From Candidatus Tenderia sp. (GTDB lineage Bacteria; Pseudomonadota; Gammaproteobacteria; Tenderiales; Tenderiaceae): a DNA stretch of 64,000 nt. Below the pieces are notes generated by a model, which was given only the letters and a program-made list of their open reading frames with translations, had not been told where the DNA came from and did no database searches. The stretch is taken from assembly GCA_031416075.1 (NCBI GenBank), contig JANOSY010000045.1, positions 48,131 through 112,130 on the forward strand, given 5' to 3'. The position numbers were made by a program, and so were the translations under genes. Of the stretch, positions 1 to 9,700 are shown one piece after another (the stretch's first letter is position 1; each line of letters opens with the position of its first letter).

Positions 1-859
1 AGACCACTTCGTAATGGTTCAGCCCCAGTATCAGCAGGCGATGATGGATATGGTTGCGATCGGGACTGAAGGGCGAGCGTCCCTCAGAGATGCGTTTCAC
101 CATCACCATCGCCGTATCCAGCAGCGGCAACCCCAACAGCAGGAACGGCAGCATGGGGCTAAAATCGGCACGGCGCCCCTGCGTCAACATCAACGCCAGC
201 ACACCCACCGTCAACCCCAGGAACTGGCTGCCGCCATCGCCCATAAAGATGCGTGCCGGATGGGTATTAAAGCGCAGGAAACCGAGGATGCTTCCCATCA
301 CCGCCAACCCGATAACACTCACAGCATCGAGCTGCACACCATAAGCGAGAAAGACAATCAGCCCGAGACTCAGAAGCGTTGTCCCCGCTGCCAGACCATC
401 GAGGCCATCGCTGAGATTGATGGCATTGGTGACCGCCAGCAGCACAAACATCGTCAGCGCCACACTCACCCAGAATGGCAACTCCTCCAGCGCCAGAAAA
501 GGGATGCTGGTGATGTGAACATCACCGTAGAAAATGATGGCGGCAATCGCCACGCCCTGTCCCAGAAATTTGAGCCGGTAATCGAGATCGGCGCGATCAT
601 CCCAAACACCAAAAAACAGGATCACACCCAGCCCCAGCAACACCCCTGCCACCTCACGATCCAGCGGCAACCAGACAACCATCGGCACCAGCGCACCTAT
701 GGCCATAGCAATGCCACCAATACGGGGTATGGCACCAACATGGACCTTGCGGCCATCAGGTATATCGACGAATTGAAACCGCTGTGCACCACGCATCAAA
801 GGCGGAATCAACGCCATGGTAATGAGCATGGCGATCACAAAACTCAGCAGCAATACCAT
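1..859 (-). CDS. wecA: WecA/MraY-family (glycosyltransferase family 4) undecaprenyl-phosphate sugar-1-phosphate transferase, 3' end beyond window
   Basis: Not in ORF track. Manual translation from ATG at 859: MVLLLSFVIAMLITMALIPPLM...VDIPDGRKVHVGAIPRIGGIAM...RSPFSPDRNHIHHRLL, typical WecA motifs; runs off the window edge. Confidence 0.85.
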   Translation of the reverse strand, partial: MVLLLSFVIAMLITMALIPPLMRGAQRFQFVDIPDGRKVHVGAIPRIGGIAMAIGALVPMVVWLPLDREVAGVLLGLGVILFFGVWDDRADLDYRLKFLGQGVAIAAIIFYGDVHITSIPFLALEELPFWVSVALTMFVLLAVTNAINLSDGLDGLAAGTTLLSLGLIVFLAYGVQLDAVSVIGLAVMGSILGFLRFNTHPARIFMGDGGSQFLGLTVGVLALMLTQGRRADFSPMLPFLLLGLPLLDTAMVMVKRISEGRSPFSPDRNHIHHRLLILGLNHYEVV

Positions 860-874
860 CTTATCCAGGCCCCG

Positions 875-2458
875 CTAATCAGGAACGTAGCGTGGCAATG
901 CAGGCAACATGGCGGCGGCGAAGCGGGTGAGTGCTGCATCAGCATCAGCAATCTCCTGACCCGGCAACAACGGCGCCATCAGGCGCACCAGCGAACCATC
1001 AGAGCGGCGGCTGTTCATTGCATCCCACAGCAGATAGCCCTTCACCGCATACTCATTGGTAATAATGCGACCACGCTGCTGAAACCAGTAATAGACCAGC
1101 AGCTTCTGCTCGCCCTTCTCGATTAGCGCGCGATTGACCTGCATCGGCTGACCTGCATTCACCACGACTGGCAATCCATATTCGCCAATCTCACTGATCT
1201 TCCAGCCACCACCGGGAAGACAGGCACGCGGTGAATGGGGCACCTTGTCGGCACGCTGGGTGGCGTAATAACCGACATAGAGATTAATCTTGGAACCCTG
1301 CAAATTGCGGTAATCCGCCATCAGATAATCATCAAAATTCAACGCGTCCACATAGATCGCATCAAGACGCTGCGCCTTGCCATCCCACTCATCAAACGCC
1401 ATCGGAAAGGATGAGAACTGCTGACGTTCCGGGATAACCTCCGGCCGCTCAGGCAGCGCATACGAGACCGCCATCACCACCAACACCAATGCGACTGAAA
1501 CATGGAACGGCACGGGGATGGAGCGGTATCTGAAATCCGCCTTGGATGGTGTGGGCTGCGGAAAGGTCAAACCAAATACCTGACGCAACGGCCTCGGGTC
1601 TCGACCGATGCGCGTCAGCAACCACATCTCCAGCGCCAGCACGCCGGTGCAGACCATGAACATCACCCAGCCCTCGAAATCGTGGAGCAGCCCCTCCGCC
1701 ATCGACGGCCCCCAGTACTCCACCGTCACGCCGATCAGGCCGATGCGGATACTGTTGATAATAATGGTGATGGGAATGGTGGAGAGAAACAGCAATACCC
1801 GCTTCCACATAGCCACCTTGAAAAAATAGGCGGCGATTAAGCCAAAGGTCATCAACGGAAAGAGATAGCGCAGACCATTGCACGCCTCGGCCACCTCAAG
1901 CTTGTAGGTTCCGAGATCGATCACATTGCCTTCGAGATAGACAGTGATGCCACAGAGGCGCACCACCGCCACACCCAGTTGCGACGAAATCAGTTGCAAC
2001 GAGTTGGAGAGTCCCTGATTGATAAATCCCGGCAATGGCACCATAAACGCCAGAAACAACAGCGGAACAAAGATCACCCTGAAACCACGCCAGCCAGTAA
2101 ACGCCAGCGCCAGGCCGAACAGCACCACAACAAATGAGTATTGAATAATGGAGTAGGCAGCACCTAGCTGCCCCAGCAGAAAGAACAGCACACCGGCCAG
2201 CGTCAGCCCGGCGCCTGCCCACGCCCCGGAGAACGGGATCGTTTGCAGGAGATCCTTCTTCTGCCAGATCAGAAATAGGGTAATGAACGGGATCAGGTAA
2301 CCGTAGCTATACTCCTCCTGCCCGTTCCACGCCTGAACCATGAAGGAGAGACCATCCTGAAACAGGATAATCGCAAGGGCAACCGCCAAGAGGAGTGCAC
2401 CAAAAACGGCAGGGGACTCTTTCCAGACAGATTCTTCACTAGGAGATATCGTAGACAT
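875..2458 (-). CDS. xrtD: Exosortase D (VPLPA-CTERM-specific) fused to EpsI domain
   Basis: Multi-TM exosortase with catalytic VAEACNGLR, NSIRI and HDFEG motifs, plus C-terminal EpsI domain (HSPRACLPGGGW, YYWFQQRGR). Three VPLP(A/P)-CTERM proteins in window. Start moved to ATG 2458 because a predicted promoter overlaps the longer ORF start at 2512. Confidence 0.9.
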   Translation of the reverse strand: MSTISPSEESVWKESPAVFGALLLAVALAIILFQDGLSFMVQAWNGQEEYSYGYLIPFITLFLIWQKKDLLQTIPFSGAWAGAGLTLAGVLFFLLGQLGAAYSIIQYSFVVVLFGLALAFTGWRGFRVIFVPLLFLAFMVPLPGFINQGLSNSLQLISSQLGVAVVRLCGITVYLEGNVIDLGTYKLEVAEACNGLRYLFPLMTFGLIAAYFFKVAMWKRVLLFLSTIPITIIINSIRIGLIGVTVEYWGPSMAEGLLHDFEGWVMFMVCTGVLALEMWLLTRIGRDPRPLRQVFGLTFPQPTPSKADFRYRSIPVPFHVSVALVLVVMAVSYALPERPEVIPERQQFSSFPMAFDEWDGKAQRLDAIYVDALNFDDYLMADYRNLQGSKINLYVGYYATQRADKVPHSPRACLPGGGWKISEIGEYGLPVVVNAGQPMQVNRALIEKGEQKLLVYYWFQQRGRIITNEYAVKGYLLWDAMNSRRSDGSLVRLMAPLLPGQEIADADAALTRFAAAMLPALPRYVPD

Positions 2459-2507
2459 CAGTGCGGCCAACCAGGAGTAATTCGTGGATCGGTTTATGGT
2501 GGCCGCA

Positions 2508-2541
2508 ATCATGACAACTGTTTATGACGCGGGTATTACAC
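2508..2541 (-). promoter_or_regulatory. Pho-box-like tandem repeat plus -10 upstream of xrtD
   Basis: Minus strand GTGTAAT-ACCC-GCGTCAT-N10-CATGAT. Confidence 0.6.
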
Positions 2542-2584
2542 ACCCCTGCTCTGAACCGGGATAGCAACGAATCAATAGCCGTTA

Positions 2585-3223
2585 TCAGGAAGAGGCAGGT
2601 CGCACCTTTCTTGCAACCAGCAACATACTTTTCCACAGATATGGAAGGCGTCCGATCCCCTGAAACTCCTGCACCTCGAACCCCTCCTCTTCAAGCAGCC
2701 GCGTCAACATGCTGCGCGAGAAGAACTTGATGTGGCCGCCATCCCATAACGGTGACAAGTGCTGGTCCCAGTGGCCGGTCACAGCGAGGGCGAGGTTTTT
2801 GAGATAACCGTGGTAAGGGGTGGTGATAATGAGCCAGCCCCCCTCCTTGAGCACCTGATTGGCAAAGCGTGGCAGGGCGCGCGGGGTATAGAGATGTTCG
2901 ATCACTTCAGTGGAGACCACTGCATCTAAATCGCGTTGCCCCAGTGCCGCTGGATCGTCATAAACACCAAGATGGCTGAATTGTATTTGCGGAGATGACT
3001 CCGCAGCAATGCGTATGCCCTCGGCATCGGCGTCACAACCCATCACATTAAAACCCGAGCGGGCGAGCGCCTTTGCAATATCACCCTTACCACAGCCCAA
3101 ATCCAGTACATTGCGCACCCCTAGGCTACGACACGCATTAACAACAGCGGGTTCAAGGTAGCCATTTGATGGAACGCTCTGATTTACAGTCCATCCGTAA
3201 TCTTCAACCCGGAGATGTGCCAT
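2585..3223 (-). CDS. Class I SAM-dependent methyltransferase
   Basis: VLDLGCGKG motif I, STEVIEHL, GGWLIITTP. Confidence 0.9.
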   Translation of the reverse strand: MAHLRVEDYGWTVNQSVPSNGYLEPAVVNACRSLGVRNVLDLGCGKGDIAKALARSGFNVMGCDADAEGIRIAAESSPQIQFSHLGVYDDPAALGQRDLDAVVSTEVIEHLYTPRALPRFANQVLKEGGWLIITTPYHGYLKNLALAVTGHWDQHLSPLWDGGHIKFFSRSMLTRLLEEEGFEVQEFQGIGRLPYLWKSMLLVARKVRPASS

Positions 3224-3244
3224 GATGACTCCTCTGTTAGATGT

Positions 3245-4147
3245 TCAATGCTTTTGTTCTGACAGCACCGCTGCTTCACCATGAGGAGAGAGTGTGCGCA
3301 TAAATTCGCGTGTAACCTGCCACCATGGTGCTGTTTCGTCCCATGCAGCCGGAGCGTTTCGCTTACCATCCCAATCGCCCCAGATCACGAGACCATCGGC
3401 GTGCTGGTGCACGGTCTCAAGCTGCAAACGCCAGTAGTCCGCAGGCAGATACTGCTGCCCCAGGATTTCATTGCGCTCGGAATATTGAGGCCACAGAAAT
3501 ACATGAACCGACTTGCCATAACGGCGTGCTTCACGCAGGTGGGCCGTGGCATATTTCACCCATGCATCCCGGTCTGGATAGTAGGTATACAACGGCAGAT
3601 AGATGGTATCGACAAGCTCAGCAAAGTCATCAAGACGAGCATTCTCGTCCTGCCATGTCCGGTAGTGGCGACTATCCCTGTTTTCCAGTGACCAATGGTA
3701 TACAACGCCCGGCAAGCGCCCAAAGAATCCAATATTCAGTCCTGGTGCTTCGTTCCTCAGCCACTGCAAGACGGTGATATATTTGGCCTGGCTCTCACGC
3801 ATCTGCGCCTCATCGCCTTCCAGCGGCCAATGTTCTATATCAATGACCACGGGCTTGCGCATGGCACGCAGATCACGCCCTAAACGGCGGACCCGATACT
3901 CGTCAGGCAAACGCTCCATCAGACGTGACGAACGCGTATCTGGCCAGAAACGTGCGGCATAGAGAATTTCGATCGGCTCTATTCCATAACTGTCTAACCT
4001 TGGTTTATTACGGTACAGGGTGGCATCAAACACTTTGAATTTCTCTGTCTCTGGATTGGTTCCTGCCACCGGCGCAGCCAGCGTCAATGTTGGCAGCCAC
4101 AATGCCAGCCACAGCAGTGCCACACGGCGATGAAGTGTGGTTATCAT
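3245..4147 (-). CDS. Secreted GH56 (hyaluronidase)-like TIM-barrel protein, paralog A
   Basis: Signal peptide; VIDIEHWP (DxE), LPLYT, VHVFLWP, DGLVIWG resemble GH56 motifs; clear paralog of 8775..9689. Confidence 0.6.
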   Translation of the reverse strand: MITTLHRRVALLWLALWLPTLTLAAPVAGTNPETEKFKVFDATLYRNKPRLDSYGIEPIEILYAARFWPDTRSSRLMERLPDEYRVRRLGRDLRAMRKPVVIDIEHWPLEGDEAQMRESQAKYITVLQWLRNEAPGLNIGFFGRLPGVVYHWSLENRDSRHYRTWQDENARLDDFAELVDTIYLPLYTYYPDRDAWVKYATAHLREARRYGKSVHVFLWPQYSERNEILGQQYLPADYWRLQLETVHQHADGLVIWGDWDGKRNAPAAWDETAPWWQVTREFMRTLSPHGEAAVLSEQKH

Positions 4148-5385
4148 GCGTACACTTCACTCAGTTGCTGACGTAGCACCTGCCGCCACGCAGAAAACGC
4201 GTAAGACTGGGTGAACCTCTGTTCAAACAAGCGCCGTGCGTTACCGCCCTGCAACACGGTGAGCTGTGGCTGATGATGAGTCATGGATCTGATCTCCCTT
4301 ACAACAGCATCAACATCACCAATGGCAGCAGCAACACCACAATGGTTCTTGCGCAGGATCAATGCTATTTCACCTTCAGTGTCACCGATAAAGAGTGTTG
4401 GACGACCAGCCGCCGCAATGCCATAAAATTTGCTGGGCACGATCAGCCCTTCCAGTTCCGGCCTTAATGAGATCACATGCAGGTCCGGAACACTCAGACT
4501 GAGCGCCAATCGTTCGCGTGGCTGATAGGGCTTGAAGATGACATTCGCCAATCCACGACGCCTGACCATCTCTTCAACCAAAGGTCGTTGCGCACCAGCG
4601 CCGATAAAAACAAAGACGATACTGGCATCACTGTGAAGCATCTCGGCAGCATTGAGCAGGGTTTCAAACTCATGGGCGCGCCCCATGTTTCCAGAGTAGC
4701 CAACGACAAACTTTCCACTCATACTCCACTCATCACGTAGCGTATTTTCCTGTGTCGCCACTGGGTGGATTGCCTCTGAGTCGGACCAGTTGTGGATGAT
4801 TGTCACCGCCTGTGGGGCCACGCCCTGCTCCAGCAATCGTGCCGCCATGCGTTCACCCAGCACAACATTATTGGCAGCTGCCCGCAATGAGACATTTCTC
4901 AGCCAGCGCAGCAACGGCGCACCTGCATGAATCGCCTTTACACCCAGCGCCTCCGCAACCTCCGGAAAGAGATCCTGCACCCAATTGATCAATGTGGCGC
5001 CGCGCAGCTTGGCTACTACCATTGCAACCACCGAGATCAGTGGTGGATCAGTCTTGGCGACGACCACATCATCACGACGCAGCGTGCGCCACAAGCACCA
5101 GGCGGCGCTGAAATAGAAGGTGAGGTAATCCATGGCGCGGCCCAGCAGAGTGCTGCGGCCAAATCGCGTGGTCCAGACACGGTGGACATACACACCGTTG
5201 CAGACCTCCATGGCCGCTAGAATCGCATCCGGATCGTCATAACGTTGACGGCTCGTTACTACATGCACCTCAGCACCATCACGGACCAAATTAGATGCAA
5301 GCTCAAATGCAAGATCACTCAAGAGCTGGCTGGTGGCCGAATGGTCTGGATAGAAATAGCGATTCACAAAAACAGTCTTAGCCAT
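4144..5385 (-). CDS. GT4 family glycosyltransferase (WcaI/WbuB-like)
   Basis: NRYFYPD, WVQDLFPE, YSGNMGRAH, VPSKFYGIAAAGRP. Confidence 0.9.
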   Translation of the reverse strand: MAKTVFVNRYFYPDHSATSQLLSDLAFELASNLVRDGAEVHVVTSRQRYDDPDAILAAMEVCNGVYVHRVWTTRFGRSTLLGRAMDYLTFYFSAAWCLWRTLRRDDVVVAKTDPPLISVVAMVVAKLRGATLINWVQDLFPEVAEALGVKAIHAGAPLLRWLRNVSLRAAANNVVLGERMAARLLEQGVAPQAVTIIHNWSDSEAIHPVATQENTLRDEWSMSGKFVVGYSGNMGRAHEFETLLNAAEMLHSDASIVFVFIGAGAQRPLVEEMVRRRGLANVIFKPYQPRERLALSLSVPDLHVISLRPELEGLIVPSKFYGIAAAGRPTLFIGDTEGEIALILRKNHCGVAAAIGDVDAVVREIRSMTHHQPQLTVLQGGNARRLFEQRFTQSYAFSAWRQVLRQQLSEVYA

Positions 5386-5947
5386 GAACTACAGCCGCCT
5401 CTTCAAAATGGCGCTGACGCACCCGCTCAGCGGGATTGCCACGATAGATCCAATTCTCATCACTATCCTTCTGCAACACGCTGCCGACTGTCAGCACACT
5501 GTTACGGCGGACACGGACACCGGGGCAGACCACACTGGCAGCACCGATCCACGCGCCATCCTCAATGACAATCTCTTTGACAATCAGCGCAAATGCCGGA
5601 TCGTTGTAGTTGTGATTGCCTGTCAGCAGATAGGAATTTTGTGAGAGGCAGACGTTATTGCCGATGCGCACCGACGCCAGATTGTCGATCCAGACCCCCT
5701 CACCAATCCAGACATGGTCACCGATCTCAAGATGCCAAGGATACTTGATGTTGACGCGCGGCTTGATCACTACACCCTTACCAATCTTGGCGCCAAAGGC
5801 ACGCAATACCACGCACTTGGTTCTCGACTCAGGCCAGAGCCATGAGTTGATAAAAATCGCATTGACGCAGTACCACAACAGACGCTTGGTAGCGCCCGCG
5901 CCGGGATGATAGTGACGGTTATCGTACTGTGCCAGGTTCACCGGCAT
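5378..5947 (-). CDS. wcaF: WcaF-like polysaccharide acetyltransferase (LbH hexapeptide repeat)
   Basis: LRAFGAKIGKGVVIKPRVNIKYPWHLEIGDHVWIGE; start set at MPVNLAQY after GGAG. Confidence 0.85.
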   Translation of the reverse strand: MPVNLAQYDNRHYHPGAGATKRLLWYCVNAIFINSWLWPESRTKCVVLRAFGAKIGKGVVIKPRVNIKYPWHLEIGDHVWIGEGVWIDNLASVRIGNNVCLSQNSYLLTGNHNYNDPAFALIVKEIVIEDGAWIGAASVVCPGVRVRRNSVLTVGSVLQKDSDENWIYRGNPAERVRQRHFEEAAVVHG

Positions 5948-6818
5948 GGTCATCTCCGATCTTGTTGACGTCGCGCCGCTGACGCTCATGCTCAAACAGC
6001 TTGGCATCCACCAGAAAGCGATACCAGAACCCCTGCAGGAAGTGGAAAATAAGCCCTTCCTTGCCATCGAGAAAACCAAGACGGATGAAGTAGCGGTAGA
6101 GAAAATAGCAGAGCGGCCTGACAAATAGCGGTACCCGCGCATAGACGTTATCCTTCATCCAGCGCCGAGACTGCGCCTGCGAACCGCCCAGGGATGCCGT
6201 CAACCGTTCACCGGTGCCAGTTTCTGAACGCTTGGCAAGCACATCCAGCACTTCACGGCTGGCGTATTTATTGTGTTTGTCGGTCCAGAAGGTCAGGTCT
6301 TTGTTGTTCTTATCGATCAGGTCGGCATTGATCCTGATAGCGCGACCACTGTTGAGAACGATATGCTCATCCATCCACAGCGCCTCGCAACGGCCAACCC
6401 CATTACGAAACACACGTAATAGCCAGGTAGGATAGTAACCACCATGTTTGATCCAGCGTCCCATGAAATAGACACGGCGGCGAAGATAGATTCCAGAGAC
6501 CACTGGAGGAGCCTCTTCAAGATAGCTCTGGAGTTCTGTCACGAGTTCAGGGGTCAGCTCTTCGTCAGCGTCCATGCGCATGATCCACTCTGTCTGGAAA
6601 TCGAAATGATCCAGCCCCCAGTTGAATTGATCCGCATAGGTAGTCCACTTGCGGCTCGCGACCTGGACACCATAGCGCTGACATATCTCCACCGTATTAT
6701 CATCGCTGCAGGAATCGACTACATAGATATCTCGCGTCAACGGCAACAATGATTCCACACACTTGGCGATGTTCCGCTCCTCGTTGTGGGTAAGAATCAG
6801 CACGGAAACCCTGTTCAT
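5919..6818 (-). CDS. GT2 family glycosyltransferase
   Basis: VSVLILTHNEE, VVDSCSDD, RMDADE; start set at MNRVSV. Confidence 0.9.
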   Translation of the reverse strand: MNRVSVLILTHNEERNIAKCVESLLPLTRDIYVVDSCSDDNTVEICQRYGVQVASRKWTTYADQFNWGLDHFDFQTEWIMRMDADEELTPELVTELQSYLEEAPPVVSGIYLRRRVYFMGRWIKHGGYYPTWLLRVFRNGVGRCEALWMDEHIVLNSGRAIRINADLIDKNNKDLTFWTDKHNKYASREVLDVLAKRSETGTGERLTASLGGSQAQSRRWMKDNVYARVPLFVRPLCYFLYRYFIRLGFLDGKEGLIFHFLQGFWYRFLVDAKLFEHERQRRDVNKIGDDHAGEPGTVR

Positions 6819-6864
6819 TTTCACAACAACCTTTTTGAATTCCATAACAACCATGCCACCCTGA

Positions 6865-7419
6865 TCAGCAGGGATTCCCCAACGGTGCGCCATACCTTGA
6901 TGGTTGCTGCAACATCAATTCATGCTGCCTGATCCCTTCATCGTCGAAACGATAACGCAACACCCTGGCCGGAATACCGGTGACAATGGCGTAAGGCGGC
7001 ACATCCCTGGTCACCACCGCACCTGCCCCTACAATCGCACCGTTACCGATAGTCACGCCACGCATGATGATTGCGCCATGACCAATCAAAACATCGTGCC
7101 CTATATTCGTCACCACCGGCGCTGGTCTTCCCGAAAACCGGATAGGCACACCGGCAACATCGAAGCGATGATCATTGCCAGTAACGACAACGTAAGATGA
7201 AAGACTGGTGTAGTTGCCGATTTTCACTTGTGGCGCAATCTCTACACAAGGACCAAGGTAGACGTAGTCGCCAGCCGCGAATCCAGGACCATGAATCACC
7301 ACATCCCAGGCAACATGAAAGCCCTTGCCAACAGTGGCGCTACGGTAACGAGTTCGTAACAACAGCTGGATGCGTATGGCCTTATAGAACTCGCGCAGAT
7401 GATCAAGACCGGAATTCAT
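6865..7419 (-). CDS. CatB/Vat-like O-acetyltransferase (LbH)
   Basis: IGHDVLIGHGAIIMRGVTIGNGAIVGAGAVVTRDVPPYAIVTGIPARV; ATGA overlap with upstream stop. Confidence 0.85.
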   Translation of the reverse strand: MNSGLDHLREFYKAIRIQLLLRTRYRSATVGKGFHVAWDVVIHGPGFAAGDYVYLGPCVEIAPQVKIGNYTSLSSYVVVTGNDHRFDVAGVPIRFSGRPAPVVTNIGHDVLIGHGAIIMRGVTIGNGAIVGAGAVVTRDVPPYAIVTGIPARVLRYRFDDEGIRQHELMLQQPSRYGAPLGNPC

Positions 7420-8582
7420 GGTCTGCCACGCGCCACTCTGGATGTTTCGCACACAGCCCGCACAAATGTCTCTACCTGACGGTGAGGATTATATTTTTCA
7501 AATATGACAGTTTTGCATGCGTCGGCCATGGCATTCCTGACAGAGACAGGAAATATTGCCTGCTCCATCTTTGCAGCCAAGTCTTCAACATCATCGTAAC
7601 GGTAGAAAAATCCAGTCTTACCCTCAATCACCGCCTCCCACTCGGGGAAGTGGTGCTCAACACGATCATGGATTAATACCGGCGTGCCAAAGACCAGTGC
7701 GTGCATGATGGAGAGTCCAGCGCCTGACGGGATTACCGAAAGATCACTGGCGCCGACCACCAGCCCCAGGTAGCGTTCGTCATAACTCTCACCAAGGAAA
7801 TGAACCAGATCGGCGATATTTAACCGGGCAGCGAGTTGTTCCAGATTGGAACGTTCACCGCCTTCACCCACCAGCGCCACATGAACACGGCGGCCACGCT
7901 GCGCCAGCCGCGCCACCGCCTCCAGCAGCAGATCGAGACGTTTAACCGGCTGCAAGCGCCCGGTGAATACCACCAGCCCCTCGCCCTGCGCAACCCCCAG
8001 TGAACTACGGAAAACGTTGATCTGATCATCACTCTGCTCCGCTGCAATCTCTCTCTGCGTATCAAAGTCCAGCGAGTTATAAACCACATAGAGCGAGTTC
8101 ACATCAAACCCCTTACGCTGCAACAGATCGCGGGCATGTTCACCATAGAGCAGCTGTCCGGCGGCGAGGCGATACAAAGAGCGCCTTATCCACCACTTTG
8201 GCCCCTTCTCGTCACTCAACAAACCTTGCCCCCATAGCAACACTGGAATCCGCAACACTTTTCCAGTGATCAGCAAGGCCCATGCAGTGAGTGAATAGGG
8301 TGAGCCAAGCGCTATTATTGCGTCAGGGCGCTCCCTCAGCATCATCTTCAATGCCTGTGGCTGCCAATAGAGTTCAGGAAGATATGGCAGGCGAATAATA
8401 TAGGTCTGCGCATAGACGGCGCGGATGGCTCGGCCTTCATCGCCGCGCAACGTCTTAAGATAGGGTGTATCCGGCTCTGGATCGGCCACCACCTTGAAAT
8501 GGACATCATCGCGCTTGGATAACAACTCAAAAATGCGCGCTCGATAGTGAGGGATGCAGTTGTATTGAATAATCGTGTTCAT
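7416..8582 (-). CDS. GT4 family glycosyltransferase
   Basis: PHYR, FTGRLQPVKRLD, GLSIMHALVFGTPV; start set at MNTIIQ. Confidence 0.88.
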   Translation of the reverse strand: MNTIIQYNCIPHYRARIFELLSKRDDVHFKVVADPEPDTPYLKTLRGDEGRAIRAVYAQTYIIRLPYLPELYWQPQALKMMLRERPDAIIALGSPYSLTAWALLITGKVLRIPVLLWGQGLLSDEKGPKWWIRRSLYRLAAGQLLYGEHARDLLQRKGFDVNSLYVVYNSLDFDTQREIAAEQSDDQINVFRSSLGVAQGEGLVVFTGRLQPVKRLDLLLEAVARLAQRGRRVHVALVGEGGERSNLEQLAARLNIADLVHFLGESYDERYLGLVVGASDLSVIPSGAGLSIMHALVFGTPVLIHDRVEHHFPEWEAVIEGKTGFFYRYDDVEDLAAKMEQAIFPVSVRNAMADACKTVIFEKYNPHRQVETFVRAVCETSRVARGRP

Positions 8583-8688
8583 TGTTTTGGCTGAACCGTA
8601 TCGACGGCAGTCAGTTCCCTCGTCAACTAAAGAAACGCCCATGACCATCAACATCGCCACCCGCGACAGTCACAGACATAAACTCGAT

Positions 8689-8722
8689 ATTCTCTAACAA
8701 AGGGGTTACGGTTTTGTGACCA
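8689..8722 (-). promoter_or_regulatory. Pho-box-like tandem repeat plus -10, internal EPS promoter
   Basis: Minus strand TGGTCAC-AAAA-CCGTAAC-N10-GAGAAT. Confidence 0.55.
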
Positions 8723-8774
8723 TGCGGTTGTTAATCAACGGCTGAACTCGTTGAATAATGCAATCACCTGCCCT

Positions 8775-9689
8775 TTACTGGCGCGCCTGATTTTGTCTCT
8801 TCAAAAAGCTCTTGGTAACCTTCCACCATGGCGCCTCGTTGTTCCATTTCGCAGGTTTTCCATCACCCCAGCCGCCCCAGATGACGATTCCATCGGCATA
8901 ACGCCGCACCGTTTCCAGCTCCATTCGCCAATAGTCATCACCAATATAGCGCCCGCCGAGCAGCAGGTTGGAGTCATGAAATTGCGGCCATAAAAAGACG
9001 TATACGGGTTTGCCATAAGATTTAGCCGCCTTGATTTGTGAAATGGCCATGCGGCGCCAACCTTCCTGGTCGGTATAGAACGTATACAATGACGGGAACA
9101 GCACATCGACCTCCGCCGCGAGCGGCGCAATAGCCTCGTTTTCGGATTGCCACTGCTTGAAGGAGGAACTCGCCGGATCATTTATCGCGCGCCAATAATC
9201 CACTACTGGTAATACTCCATAGTAGCCCAAGCGGTAATTTTTTCCGGTGGCGCGAAAGCGTCGTATCACCTCAGTATATTTCTCAAGGTTGCGCGCTACT
9301 TCATCTCCATCACCGTTGAGAGGCCAATGCTCTATATCAATGCATATGACCGTGGCATCGGCAGCGATTTGCGCCACGGCAGCCCGGATTGTTGCGTCAT
9401 CAGGCACTCTGTGAAGATCTTTGGCACCCTTCCATAGCTCTGCCTGATAGATCACAGGCAGCGGTCGCAGGCCATAAGAAGATAGGTCTGGTTTGCCGCT
9501 AAATAGAGTCGCGTCGAACACTGGTATCCCACCTGATACGGGCGACGGGCTCAAATAGCCACCGCCACTCTTTTCCATGCCAGCACCAACTGCCGACATG
9601 GCGAACGCCGCCTGTAAGAACACACACATAGCCAGCCAGAAAGCAAGGCGGCCATTATTTATGTTGGATTTTATTGAATACTGAATCAT
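8775..9689 (-). CDS. Secreted GH56 (hyaluronidase)-like TIM-barrel protein, paralog B
   Basis: N-terminal hydrophobic segment; CIDIEHWP, GYYGVLP, LFPSLY, PVYVF, DGIVIWG. Confidence 0.65.
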   Translation of the reverse strand: MIQYSIKSNINNGRLAFWLAMCVFLQAAFAMSAVGAGMEKSGGGYLSPSPVSGGIPVFDATLFSGKPDLSSYGLRPLPVIYQAELWKGAKDLHRVPDDATIRAAVAQIAADATVICIDIEHWPLNGDGDEVARNLEKYTEVIRRFRATGKNYRLGYYGVLPVVDYWRAINDPASSSFKQWQSENEAIAPLAAEVDVLFPSLYTFYTDQEGWRRMAISQIKAAKSYGKPVYVFLWPQFHDSNLLLGGRYIGDDYWRMELETVRRYADGIVIWGGWGDGKPAKWNNEAPWWKVTKSFLKRQNQARQ

Positions 9690-9700
9690 GGCTTATGTAG

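Noticed and set aside
14-1126. 370-aa plus-strand ORF
   Set aside because: His/Gln-rich antisense shadow of the membrane-protein genes wecA and xrtD on the minus strand.
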